Below are positions 48,280 to 60,327 of a stretch of 64,000 nucleotides of DNA, in pieces. Position numbers and translations under genes: made by a program. The stretch covers positions 124,001 to 188,000 of the forward strand of contig NIVC01001921.1 in assembly GCA_002269645.1 (NCBI GenBank), read 5' to 3'. Positions within the stretch are counted from its first letter, which is position 1. Every line of letters begins with the position of its first letter. Under the pieces are notes generated by a model, which was given only the letters and a program-made list of their open reading frames with translations, was not told the origin of the DNA and did no database searches. Source of the DNA: Macrostomum lignano (taxonomy: Eukaryota).

Positions 48280-50320
48280 GGCAGAGGGCAGACAGACAGA
48301 TGGCAGACAGGCAGAGAGGCAGAGGGCAGACAGGCAGAGGGCAGAGAGGCAGAGGGCAGAGAGGCAGAGGCCAGAGAGACAGAGAGGCAGAGGGCAGACA
48401 GGCAGAGGGCAGAGAGACAGAGACCAGAGAGGCAGAGGCCAGAGAGACAGAGGGCAGAAGGCAGAGAGGCAGAGAGGCAGAGGGCAGAGAGGCAGAGGCC
48501 AGAGAGACAGAGAGGCAGAGGGCAGAGAGGCAGAGGGCAGAGAGGCAGAGAGGCAGAGGGCAGAGAGGCAGAGAGGCAGAGAGGCAAAGGGCGGAGAGGC
48601 AGAGGGCAGAGAGGCAGACAGGCAGAGGGCAGAGTGCAGAGAGGCAGAGGGCAGAGAGGCAGAGGCCAGAGAGACAGAGAGGCAGAGGGCAGAGAGGCAG
48701 AGGCCAGAGAGACAGAGAGGCAGAGGGCAGACAGGCAGAGGGCAGAGAGGCAGAGGCCAGAGAGACAGAGGGCAGAAGGCAGAGGGCAGAGAGACAGAGG
48801 CAGAGAGGCAGAGGGCAGAGAGGCAGAGAGGCAGAGAGGCAAAGGGCGGAGAGGCAAAGGGCGGAGAGGCAGAGGGCAGACAGGCAGAGAGGCAGAGGGC
48901 AGAGTGGCAGAGAGGCAGCGAGGCAGAGGGCAGAGGGCAGAGTGGCAGAGAGGCAGAGAGGCAGAGAGCAGAGAGGCAGACAGGCAGAGGGCAGAAGGCA
49001 GAGAGGCAGAGAGGCAGAGGGCAGAGAGGCAGAGGGCAGAGGGCAGAGAGGCAGACAGGCAGAGGGCAGAGTGGCAGAGAGGCAGAGGGCAGAGAGGCAG
49101 AGGGCAGAGAGGCAGAGGGCAGAGAGGCAGAGAGGCATAGGGCAGAAGGCAGAGGGCAGAGAGGCAAAGGGCAGAGAGGCAGAGGGCAGAGAGGCAGAGA
49201 GGCAGAGGGCAGAGGGCAGAAGGCAGAGGGCAGAGAGGCAGACAGGCAGAGGGCAGAGTGGCAGAGAGGCAGAAGGCAGAGAGGCAGAGGACAGAGAGGC
49301 AAAGGGCAGAGAGGCAGAGGGCAGAGAGGCAGAGAGGCAGAGGGCAGAGCGCAGACAGGCAGAGAGGCAGAGGGCAGAAGGCAGAGGGCAGAGAGGCAGA
49401 GTGGCAGAGAGGCAGAGGGCAGAAGGCAGAGGGCAGAGAGGCAAAGGGCGGAGAGGCAGAGGGCAGAGGCAGAGGGCAGAGAGGCAGAGGGCAGAGAGGC
49501 AGAGGGCAGAGAGGCAAAGGGCGGAGAGGCAGAGGGCAGAGAGGCAAAGGGCGGAGTGGCAGAGGGCAGAGAGGCAAAGGGCGGAGTGGCAGAGGGCAGA
49601 GAGGCAGAGGGCAGAGTGGCAGAGGGCAGAGAGGCAGAGGGCGGAGAGGCAGAGGGCAGAGAGGCAAAGGGCGGAGTGGCAGAGGGCAGAGAGGCAGAGG
49701 GCAGAGAGGCAGAGGGCGGAGTGGCAGAGTGGCAGAGAGGCAGAGGGCAGAGAGGCAGAGGGCAGACAGGCAGAGGGCAGAGAGGCAGAGGGCAGACAGG
49801 CAGAGGTCAGAGAGGCAGAGGGCAGACAGGCAGAGGAGGGGTAGAGGGCAGACAGGCAGAGGGCAGAGAGGCAGAGGGCAGACAGGCAGAGGTCAGAGAG
49901 GCAGAGGGCAGAGAGGCAGAGGGCAGAGAGGCAGAGGGCAGAGAGGCAGAGGGCAGAGACGCAGAGGGCAGACAGGCAGAGGTCAGAGAGGCAGAGGGCA
50001 GACAGGCAGAGGGCAGACAGGCAGAGGTCAGAGACGCAGAGGGCAGACAGGCAGAGGGCAGACAGGCAGAGGGCAGAGAGGCAGAGGGCGGAGAGACAGA
50101 GGGCAGAGACGCAGAGGGCAGACAGGCAGAGGTCAGAGACGCAGAGGGCAGACAGGCAGAGGTCAGAGAGGCAGAGGGCAGACAGGCAGAGGGCAGACAG
50201 GCAGAGGAGAGGTAGAGGGCAGACAGGCAGAGGTCAGAGAGGCAGAGGTCAGAGAGGCAGAGGTCAGACAGGCAGAGGGCAGACAGGCAGAGGGCAGACA
50301 GGCAGAGGAGGGGTAGAGGG
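48280..50320. repeat. about 2-kb degenerate purine-rich repeat built on GGCAGAG
   Basis: Visible; nearly T-free on the + strand. Confidence 0.96.
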
Positions 50321-50364
50321 GGCAGGCGAGAGAAAAATCACCCAATTCCGCCGTCTGTTCGCAG

Positions 50365-50889
50365 GAGTCGCTCACAGTCTACAGGCCAAAACAGGCAAAC
50401 AGGGACTCTGACAGGGGACTGTCAAGGCAGCACCAGCCGCCTCCCTCGCAGCAGCAGCAGAATTTTGCAGCTCATTCAGCACACGACCAAGTGGAGAGAT
50501 TTATGCGGGAGAAGGTGCCGGTTGCTACGCGTTCATACTCGTAATTAATTATTTGTGCCTGTTTGCTTCTTCATGCTCAAATCGTCCCCACCTTCCCCGC
50601 CTGGCAGACTCTGCTGGAGCAGCTGCGCGTTCGAGACGCGCGGCGTGGCTTCGTCGGTAGTCGAGGATTGGAGAACTACCGGCTGAAGAGGATGCAGTCC
50701 TGCGTGAGCTGCTTGTCTGTGTGTCTGTCTGTGTGTCTGTCTGTCTGTGTGTCTGTCTGTGTGCCTGTGTGTCTGTCTGTCTGTCTGTCTGTGTGCCTGT
50801 GTGTCTGTCTGTCTATCTGCCTGCCTGTCTGTGTGTCTGTCTGTGTGTCTGTCTGTGTGTCTGTCTGTGTGTCTGTCTGTGTGCCTGTG

Positions 50890-50965
<76 letters not shown>

Positions 50966-52701
50966 CACATGCTCATCCTCCCCGCCCGCACCCCCAGCTG
51001 GAGGGTATGAGGCTTCAACGCGAACCGACAGCCGCTTCGCTGGACTCGCCGAGGCTGCGAAATTCGCGCGCGGCCGCTGCGCCGCCGTTGAGTCGCCTGG
51101 TGACGGCGGCAGCGTCGCACTCGGCGGCGGAACCGGCGGCCGGTCGGCAGCTGTGGCGCACTCGACGATCTCAGCTGCCCTTGACGGCCTCCTCGCTGTC
51201 GGAGCCGCCCGGGCAGCCCCAGCAGCAGCCGCAGCAGCTCCATCGGTCCTTTGCCCAGCCGCCTACCGTCAACCTCGGCGCCGATTTTCAGCAGCCGGCG
51301 CCGCTGCCAGCGCTGGCCAGGGGCGCCAGGCGGCAGAGGCGAGGCGGCGCAGAATTTGCGCCAGGCTCAAAAGCCACCCAGCAGCAGCAGCAGCAGAAGC
51401 TGTACTTTAGCAGCGGTGGCGGCGGCGGAGCTGTGGCAGGCATCGGCCAGCGGCTGTACAGAATGAGGAGCGGGCGGGAGCGCCTGAGGCAGCTCGGATT
51501 GAGGGGTGAGCAGTCATTTCACCTGGCTTAGAGTCCTTAGTCCCCTGGCTTAGAGTCCTTAGTCCCCTGGCTTAGAGTCCTTAGTCCCCTGGCTTAGAGT
51601 CCTTAGTCCCCTGGCTTAGAGTCCTTAGTCCCTGGCTTAGAGTCCTTAGTCCCCTGGCTTAGAGTCCTTAGTCCCCTGGCTTAGAGTCCTTAGTCCCCTG
51701 GCTTAGAGTCCTTAGTCCCCTGGCTTAGAGTCCTTAGTCCCCTGGCTTAGAGTCCTTAGTCCCCTGGCTTAGAGTCCTTAGTCCCCTGGCTTAGAGTCCT
51801 TAGTCCCCTGGCTTAGAGTCCTTAGTCCCCTGGCTTAGAGTCCTTAGTCCCCTGGCTTAGAGTCCTTAGTCTCATGGCTTAGAGTCCTTAGTCTCATGGC
51901 TTAGAGTCCTTAGTCTCATGGCTTAGAGTCCTTAGTCTCATGGCTTAGAGTCCTTAGTCTCATGGCTTAGAGTCCTTAGTCCCCTGGCCCTAAGCATTCC
52001 ATATGCTTAACGTGCCTACTCACTTAAGTAGTCTGTCTGGCCATCTGCCGAGATTCGCATCGGATTTTAATTAGCCTTAAATAAAAAGCAGAGAAAACTA
52101 AACATAACGCTTGAATACGCCGTACTATTTTATTGATAATGAGCCGGCCCAGCTATCGATAATTAATTCTGCACTGATTACTGCATTTCCGAGTTTTCAT
52201 GCATGATCGATGCGAGGTTCCGACCTCATAAATAGATTGATTAGATAGGAAAGCTGGACTCCTTAAATAGAATTATGAATGGGTTTTAAGCATGAATATT
52301 AGGGATTATACACTTGGCTAGAGACTGGGGTGAGATTCGGTTGCTAATGGGTGAGATTCGGTTGAGACTAGGGTGAGATTCGGTTGAGACTAGGGTGAGA
52401 TTCGGTTGAGACTAGGGTGAGATTCGGTTGAGACTAGGGTGAGATTCGGTTGAGACTAGGGTGAGATTCGGTTGAGACTAGGGTGAGATTCGGTTGAGAC
52501 TAGGGTGAGATTCGGTTGAGACTAGGGTGAGATTCGGTTGAGACTAGGGTGAGATTCGGTTGAGAGTGGATGAGACTCGGTTGAGATTGAGGTGAGATTC
52601 AGTTGAGACTAGGGTGAGATTCGGTTGAGACTAGGATGAGACTGGTTTCAGTCTCAGGTGATGCAGGATGCAGGACTATTAGTGAGTTAGCTCGCCAGTG
52701 A
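50365..52701 (+). CDS. 3' part of an uncharacterised low-complexity protein; candidate exons 50365-50514, 50608-50703, 50998-51505, 52658-52701
   Basis: Four GT-AG exons are phase-compatible (0,0,0,1) and read ESLTVYRPK...[23 protein letters not shown]...[15 protein letters not shown]...[22 protein letters not shown]. No domain recognised. The 5' exons (perhaps from about 46796) are not resolved. Confidence 0.5.
50714..50964. repeat. (TCTG/TGTG)n compound microsatellite, intronic
   Basis: Visible. Confidence 0.95.
51525..51990. repeat. 22-bp minisatellite (CCTGGCTTAGAGTCCTTAGTCC), intronic
   Basis: Visible tandem array. Confidence 0.96.
52320..52640. repeat. 22-bp minisatellite (GAGACTAGGGTGAGATTCGGTT), intronic
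   Basis: Visible tandem array ending just before the acceptor at 52656-52657. Confidence 0.95.
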
Positions 52702-53404
52702 AGGCAAACGAAGTGCAGGATTTCCGCAGCTTGGCAAACAGACTGTCTGGTCCTGCTGTGTCCTGTGAAGCGAGTCAGTCAGTAATCTTGAGAGACGCAG
52801 AGAAACTAGCGGGTTCATTAAGGTGAGCTTGCAAGACTCAGCTTCATCTCAAAGGAATTTTTTGCACTGAACAGCGAGCTGAGGTGCTCAACTCGCCTGG
52901 GAATTCCCTGGCAAACTCGAAGTGAAAACAAGCTTTTCTTTTCACTTCCCTCGCAGTCTCTGTGTTGTCTCCGTCCCACTCGAATCTCGGGGGTGATTCT
53001 CATTCATCGCTGCTCATGCGGGCATCCGCTTGCACCTCGCATCCCCTCTTCTCTCCCTCTCTGACCTCCTCTTCCTATTCTTCCATTCCATGAGAGGCTG
53101 CAGGATTGCTGCGAAAATTAAATTCCTAGTTGCTGGGGCGGCCTCCGCCTTCCCCATCTGGGAGCTCAAATTCCAGCCATCCTAATTCATCCCATTCAGT
53201 TCTGGCTGAATCCCCGGTTGAGTTACTCAAGATGGCAAATATTGGTTCAACTCAATCAAATCAAAGAAGACCTTTGTCTTTGTCAGCTTTTGCTCAGTTC
53301 GAGTGGCTGGAGCATATTTTATTGAGCTTTTCTTGAGAAACGGGATTTCCTGGAATTTCAAGATTTATCAGTGAGTTTTTGTTTTGAGTATTTTTTCCGC
53401 AGTC

Positions 53405-54592
53405 ATTCATGAACTCAATCACCCCATGAACTCAATCACTAATGAACTCAATCACTCATGAACTCAATCACCCCATGAACTCAATCACTCCATGAACTCA
53501 ATCACTAATGAAATCACTCACCCCATGAACTCAATCACCCCATGAACTCAATCACCCCATGAACTCAATCACCCCATGAACTCAATCACCCCATGAACTC
53601 AATCACCCCATGAACTCAATCACCCCATGAACTCAATCACCCCATAAACTCAATCACCCCATGAACTCAATCACTAATGAAATCAATCACTCATGAACTC
53701 AATCTCTCATGAACTCAATCACCCCATGAACTCAATCACTAATGAAATCAATCACTCATGAACTCAATCACCCCATGAACTCAATCACCCCATGAACTCA
53801 ATCACCCCATGAACTCAATCACCCCATGAACTCAATCACCCCATGAACTCAATCACCCCATAAACTCAATCACCCCATGAACTCAATCACTAATGAAATC
53901 AATCACTCATGAACTCAATCTCTCATGAACTCAATCACCCCATGAACTCAATCACTAATGAAATCAATCACTCATGAACTCAATCACTCATGAACTCAAT
54001 CACTCATGAACTCAATCACCCCATGAACTCAATCACTCATGAACTCAATCACTCATGAACTCAATCACCCCATGAACTCAATCACCCCATGACCTCAATC
54101 ACCCCATGAACTCAATCACCCCATGAACTCAATCACCCCATGAACTCAATCACTCATGAACTCAATCACCCTATGAACTCAACCACCCCATGAACTCAAC
54201 CACCCCATGAACTCAACCACCCCATGAACTCAATCACCCCATGAACTCAATCACTCATGAACTCAATCACTCATGAACTCAATCATTCATGAACTCAATC
54301 ACCCCATGAACTCAACCACCCCATGAACTCAATCACCCCATGAACTCAATCACCCCATGAACTCAATCACTCATGAACTCAATCACTCATGAACTCAATT
54401 ACCCCATGAACTCAACCACCCCATGAACTCAATCACCCCATGAACTCAACCATCCCATGAACTCAATCACCCTATGAACTCAATCACCCCATGAACTCAA
54501 TCACCCCATGAACTCAATCACTCATGAACTCAATCACTCATGAACTCAATCATTCATGAACTCAATCACTCATGAACTCAATCACTCATGAC
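53405..54592. repeat. 16-17-bp minisatellite (ATGAACTCAATCACCCC / ...CACTC)
   Basis: Visible tandem array. Confidence 0.97.
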
Positions 54593-55368
54593 TCGCGCAC
54601 TTCCGAACGTACTCATGAACTCACGACTTCACCCTGTATTTATTTACATCTGCCTTCTACCATTCGCCAATAATGTATTCCTGTAGCAATTATGCTTAGC
54701 TGGCTAGCATTTCCTTGTTCCAATATTTCCAACAAAATTCTCTCAAGTCTGACCGTAATTTTTGCTATTCGAGTGCCTCAGCTATCGCATATCAGTATCC
54801 CGAATCAACCGAATAAAGGCTGCGGGATAAAATGAGACAAATTGGCGAGATCCCCAGTTGAGAGGAGACAGATCCCAACGGAATGCGCGAGTCCTTCTCT
54901 CTTCCTCTCTCTCTTCCTCATCATCAATACCGCATCGCCGACACAATGCCCGCAAGCACAGGCCGGATTTCGCTTCCCAACCCTCCCTCTCCTTCCCTCC
55001 TCATCCCAAGGTCCCCTCTTGGAGCCAATGGGATCCGCTCGATGCCAAGGAGGGAATTCTGCAGAGAGATAGTAAGTGAGAGAGGGGGAGGTACGGCAGA
55101 GGCTGCCTGTCCACCTCAGGCTGAGGCCCCAGCCCTAGAGTGGGGAGGCAAAGGCCGGGCAGAGATGCAGAGGACACATGCAGAGGCAGGGGATGCATGA
55201 TTGATATTTTACACCGCGGATAAATGCATGGGGGGAGGTGAAGGCCGAGTAGACAGACTCAGAAGAGTGACTCTGACAGCACAAAGCACAGCTGGCATCT
55301 CAGCCACGAGGGTCTGCGGCAGGCGCTTTCAAGTTTTCCTTTCGAGTTGCATTGCTAATTTTGACCAG

Positions 55369-55529
55369 CCGAGTGGCCAGCTGTGGCCCGAGAGACTGCT
55401 CGAAGCGCTCGATGTCCGAGTTCCTGTCCAACATCCGGACCCGGGTGTCCGCCGTTGTCAACGAAATGGCGACCGCCATCAGCCCGCGGCTTCAACGGCG
55501 AGGCTTCGCGGGCAACGCCGCTCCAGCTG
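55369..55529 (+). other. candidate internal exon of the unknown gene ending at 62859
   Basis: AG/GT-bounded and GC-rich. One frame reads RSMSEFLSNIRTRVSAVVNEMATAISPRL, but all three frames are open, so the frame is unresolved. Confidence 0.4.
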
Positions 55530-55539
55530 GTGAGCTGCA

Positions 55540-56122
55540 GATGGCGTGCCTGGCTTTGAGATGGCGCGCGCCTGGCTTTGAGATGGCGTGCGCCTGGCTT
55601 TGAGATGGCGTGCGCCGGGCTTTGAAATGGCGTGCGCCGGGCTTTGAGATGGCGTGCCTAGCTTTGAGATGGCGTGCCTAGCTTTGAGATGGCGTGCCTA
55701 GCTTTGAGATGGCGCGCCTAGCTTTGAGATGGCGTGCCTAGCTTTGAGATGGCGTGCCTAGCTTTGAGATGGCGCGCCTAGCTTTGAGATGGCGTGCCTA
55801 GCTTTGAGATGGCGTGCGCCTGGCTTTGAGATGGCGCGCCTGGCTTTGAGATGGCGTGCCTAGCTTTGAGATGGCGTGCTTAGCTTTGAGATGGCGTGCC
55901 TAGCTTTGAGATGGCGTGCGCCTGGATTTGAGATGGTGCGCCTAGCTTTGAGATGGCGTGCCTAGCTTTGAGATGGCGTGCCTAGCTTTGAGATGGCGTG
56001 CCTAGCTTTGAGATGGCGTGCCTAGCTTTGAGATGGCGTGCCTAGCTTTGAGATGGCGCGCCTGGCTTTGAGATGGCGTGCGCCTGGCTTTGAGATGGCG
56101 TGCGCCTGGCCTTGAGATGGCG
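55540..56122. repeat. 20-22-bp minisatellite (GCTTTGAGATGGCGTGCCTA)
   Basis: Visible tandem array starting about 10 bp after the donor at 55530. Confidence 0.96.
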
Positions 56123-56897
56123 CTGAGTGTATCGTTCTCGGCTCATACAGTATAGTCTTAGCACATGAGAATATTTACATCGTACATTGTGCAATGGAGA
56201 GGCATCCAGCTATACATCAATGCACTGTGCATAAGCCACTAAAGCGACAACAAGCGTTTGATGAAAGCGTTTCAAAACCTCAAAGCCTTAAGTGACCATC
56301 GTATCCAAATTAGGTTGATGCTATTTTTGAAGCAATTAAGTTCTCAGCGGGGGATTGAGGAAATTCTCAATTAGATGGCGGGACGGCGGTCGAGCCCCCG
56401 TCTTGTCCGGTGAAAAATTTCCCCAGAGGGACAGGTCGCGCCGCTTGTCCGTGTGGCACAACCTGGTCAATAAATTCAACCGGTCCCCGAATAAATGGCT
56501 GCAATTCTCTCCAAGCACTGCTGAACAGGACAGGTTTCAACTCAAGCCTTGGCCTCTATTTCTTGTTCTCATCTCTCCCGAGATCCCGCGGCTCAGGTGA
56601 CACGGCGGAGATGGGATTGGTGGGGGGATGAGGCACTGATAAAGTGCTGTCAGAACTGCATGGGGTGTAATATACCCCCCCGAGGGTCGCCAGCTGTAGA
56701 AGCAGGTTGAGTTTGTGCCACTGAGTCTATAAGCTGGGGCGATGAGAACTCAGACACGGGGCTCGCTTGTTTGCTCAAAGCACCCTTGGCTTGTAAAACA
56801 GTTGAGCAGCCGGCTGCGGTTGCGACTGGGAAGTTGTTGGACTTGGGGATTAGTGAGATGGTGGGAGCTCATCTTGTGTGTTTTTTAATGAATTACT

Positions 56898-57602
56898 GAG
56901 TCAGTCAGTCAGTCAGTCAGTCAGTCAGTCAGTCAGTCAGTCAGTCAGTCAGTCAGTCAGTCAGTCAGTCAGTCAGTCAGTCAGTCAGTCAGTCAGTCAG
57001 TCAGTCAGTCAGTCAGTCAGTCAGTCAGTCAGTCAGTCAGTCAGTCAGTCAGTCAGTCAGTCAGTCAGTCAGTCAGTCAGTCAGTCAGTCAGTCAGTCAG
57101 TCAGTCAGTCAGTCAGTCAGTCAGTCAGTCAGTCAGTCAGTCAGTCAGTCAGTCAGTCAGTCAGTCAGTCAGTCAGTCAGTCAGTCAGTCAGTCAGTCAG
57201 TCAGTCAGTCAGTCAGTCAGTCAGTCAGTCAGTCAGTCAGTCAGTCAGTCAGTCAGTCAGTCAGTCAGTCAGTCAGTCAGTCAGTCAGTCAGTCAGTCAG
57301 TCAGTCAGTCAGTCAGTCAGTCAGTCAGTCAGTCAGTCAGTCAGTCAGTCAGTCAGTCAGTCAGTCAGTCAGTCAGTCAGTCAGTCAGTCAGTCAGTCAG
57401 TCAGTCAGTCAGTCAGTCAGTCAGTCAGTCAGTCAGTCAGTCAGTCAGTCAGTCAGTCAGTCAGTCAGTCAGTCAGTCAGTCAGTCAGTCAGTCAGTCAG
57501 TCAGTCAGTCAGTCAGTCAGTCAGTCAGTCAGTCAGTCAGTCAGTCAGTCAGTCAGTCAGTCAGTCAGTCAGTCAGTCAGTCAGTCAGTCAGTCAGTCAG
57601 TC
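56898..57602. repeat. perfect (AGTC)n microsatellite, about 700 bp
   Basis: No interruption seen. Confidence 0.98.
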
Positions 57603-58009
57603 CTAGTTCTTTCATTTAAAAGCGCAGTTTGGGATAAAGTGAGCCAGCGGACACCCCTCAAGGGCGCGGCTGTTCCCCAGTGATTGGAATAATTGATTGA
57701 AAGTGCAGCCAGCCCCAAGCCTAGGCCCAAATGGTTCAGGAGGGTCGATGGTTGAAGCGCTGTGACCGTAGAGCTTATTAACTGGGTCACTTAATACCCA
57801 GTGGGAATTAGGGGCGGTCAAAGTGAAGATTTATCGCAAGTCTTTCCCTTCGAGTTTCCATTGGCGTTTATAATATTCAATCACTAGGCTAACTTACTTC
57901 GTAAAAAGCTTTCGAATAAAATCTAAGTGGATGGTATGATAGGTTTGCACACCAAACACAATCATTCATTTGTCAATCTACTCAGTGCAATAATTATTAA
58001 TTAAAAAAT

Positions 58010-58345
<336 letters not shown>

Positions 58346-59294
58346 CAATCTCTGCAGAAGCAGAACGAGACTGAATCGTACAAAATCCATAAGCAGCATC
58401 ATATCGCTGCAGGTAGGCTGAGCAGAAATGCAAACATCTACCTGAATTCAGAGCAGCTCCCAGCCCCGCCCTGGCAACCCTGCGAGGCTCCCCGTGAACT
58501 CAAGCTCACCTGCACTGAGCTCGCTGTAAAGAAGCCCCTGCAATTCACATGTAGCTATCTCTCTCTCCTTTTTTAACCTAGTATCTGCCCAAGAACCCGT
58601 GTCTCACTTTGAGTTCCTTTGACAAACAGGCTGGGCCTCCCCTTCCCTCTCTGCCTTCTCCAACCGTCTTCACTGCCCAAGCGTGAGAGCGCAAGAAAGG
58701 ACAAGACAGTTCAATCAATGCTCAATCTAATCTGGCCTCAAATTTGTCAGTCAAAACCGAAACCAAAATGTACTCTGGTGGGAATATTGCTGTAGTTCAG
58801 AAACTCTTTTTGATTGGAACTTCCCGCCAGATCCTGGAGGCAATGCGTCACGAGAGTCTCCTGTACAGACACTGGGGGGTCTCGCAAATTTCTGCGACAA
58901 AGAGGGGGGGGGGCGGGGCTGCCTCTTTCCTATTTCTGCCAGCCGTCTTCCTTCCGGTGTTTCTGCGCACCCCCCCCCCAACTTCATCGCTGCCTGGGAA
59001 GCCGCTTATTGATTGGGAAGAGAGCTGCTGCAGGATCCTGTTAAGCTCTCTCCATCGGGATGAGCTCCGACTGCAGCTGCTCACCTTGAGACCCCTGATC
59101 AGCCTCATTTATAGCTTTTACGGGGGCTGACTGGCTTACGAGTCCGGGCCATGCTCACATGAATGAGGATAATAGAACTGGGGGGGGGGGATTGCTAGCT
59201 GCTGCTTCTCCATCATAATGCAGCTGCTTTCTGGGTGACAGCGGGGCTTCTTGTTCCAGCTGGCTTGCCGGGGACTGCGAAATTGCGGATCTGC

Positions 59295-59895
59295 TGTCAC
59301 TCCGACTGTCACTCTCACTCTGGCTGTCACTCTCACTCTCACTCCTGCTGTCACTTCCACTCCGGGTGTCACTCCCACTCCGGATGTCGCTCCTACTCCA
59401 GATGTCACTCTCAATCCGGCTGTCACTCTCAATCTAGCTGTCACTCTCACTCCGACTGTCACTCTCACTCTCACTCCGCCTGTCACTCTCACTCCGGCTG
59501 TCACTCCCACTCCGGCTTTCACTCTCACTCTCACTCCGCCTGTCACTCTCACTCTAGCTGTCACTCCCACTCTCACTCCGCCTGTCACTCTCACTCCGCC
59601 TGTCACTCCCACTCCGGCTGTCACTCCCACTCCGGCTGTCACTCTAACTCCGGCTGTCACTCTCACTCTAGCTGTCACTCTCACTTCGGCTGTCACTCTC
59701 ACTCTAGCTGTCACTCTCACTCCGGCTGTCACTCTCACTCTAGCTGTCACTCTCACTCCGGCTGTCACTCTCACTCTAGCTGTCACTCTCACTCCGGCTG
59801 TCACTCTCACTCTAGCTGTCACTCTCACTCCGGCTGTCACTCTCACTCTAGCTGTCACTCTCACTCCGGCTGTCACTCTCACTCCAGCTATCACT
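59295..59895. repeat. 18-bp minisatellite (GGCTGTCACTCTCACTCC alternating with AGCTGTCACTCTCACTCT)
   Basis: Visible; 36-bp dimer periodicity in the right half. Confidence 0.96.
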
Positions 59896-60327
59896 CTGAT
59901 TTTGGTAATCAGTTTAAACTAAAATCACTCTGACTTTCACACCTTCTGTTATATCACACTCACTCCACTTCGTGGGCTTCAGTCTCCGCTACCCATCTTT
60001 CAAGCTGCCCATTTCTTGCAGGCAGAATCAGCTGCATTCCCTCATCAAACTCAATGAATCTTCAGCCCGAGTTGATAATTTCAGACAGAGGCTGGACAAG
60101 GAAGGGGCGGGCCAGTCAGAAATTAGATTAGTCATCTCTCTTTGTTCAGTAAAGGCAGCCAAAACCGGTTCGAGAATGGAGGGTTTCAACAGGAGGCCAA
60201 GGGAAATCACCATTGCCAAAAGAAGTTATTGTCCAGACAAAGGACAAGGTTTTTGGTTGCTCGAAATCTCCCCTAAAATTGGGATTTTTTACATTGAGGA
60301 AGCCGACATCTGTCAAAATACCCGCAG

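Noticed and set aside
47901-50316. Arg/Gly/Gln- or Leu/Pro/Cys-rich giant ORFs in nearly all frames
   Set aside because: The GGCAGAG repeat cannot form stop codons; there is no evidence favouring any frame.
58848-59230. Minus-strand mini-gene (MMEKQQLAIPPPQFYYPHS...)
   Set aside because: The best splice gives under 40 codons and it lies antisense within the + orphan gene; not supportable.
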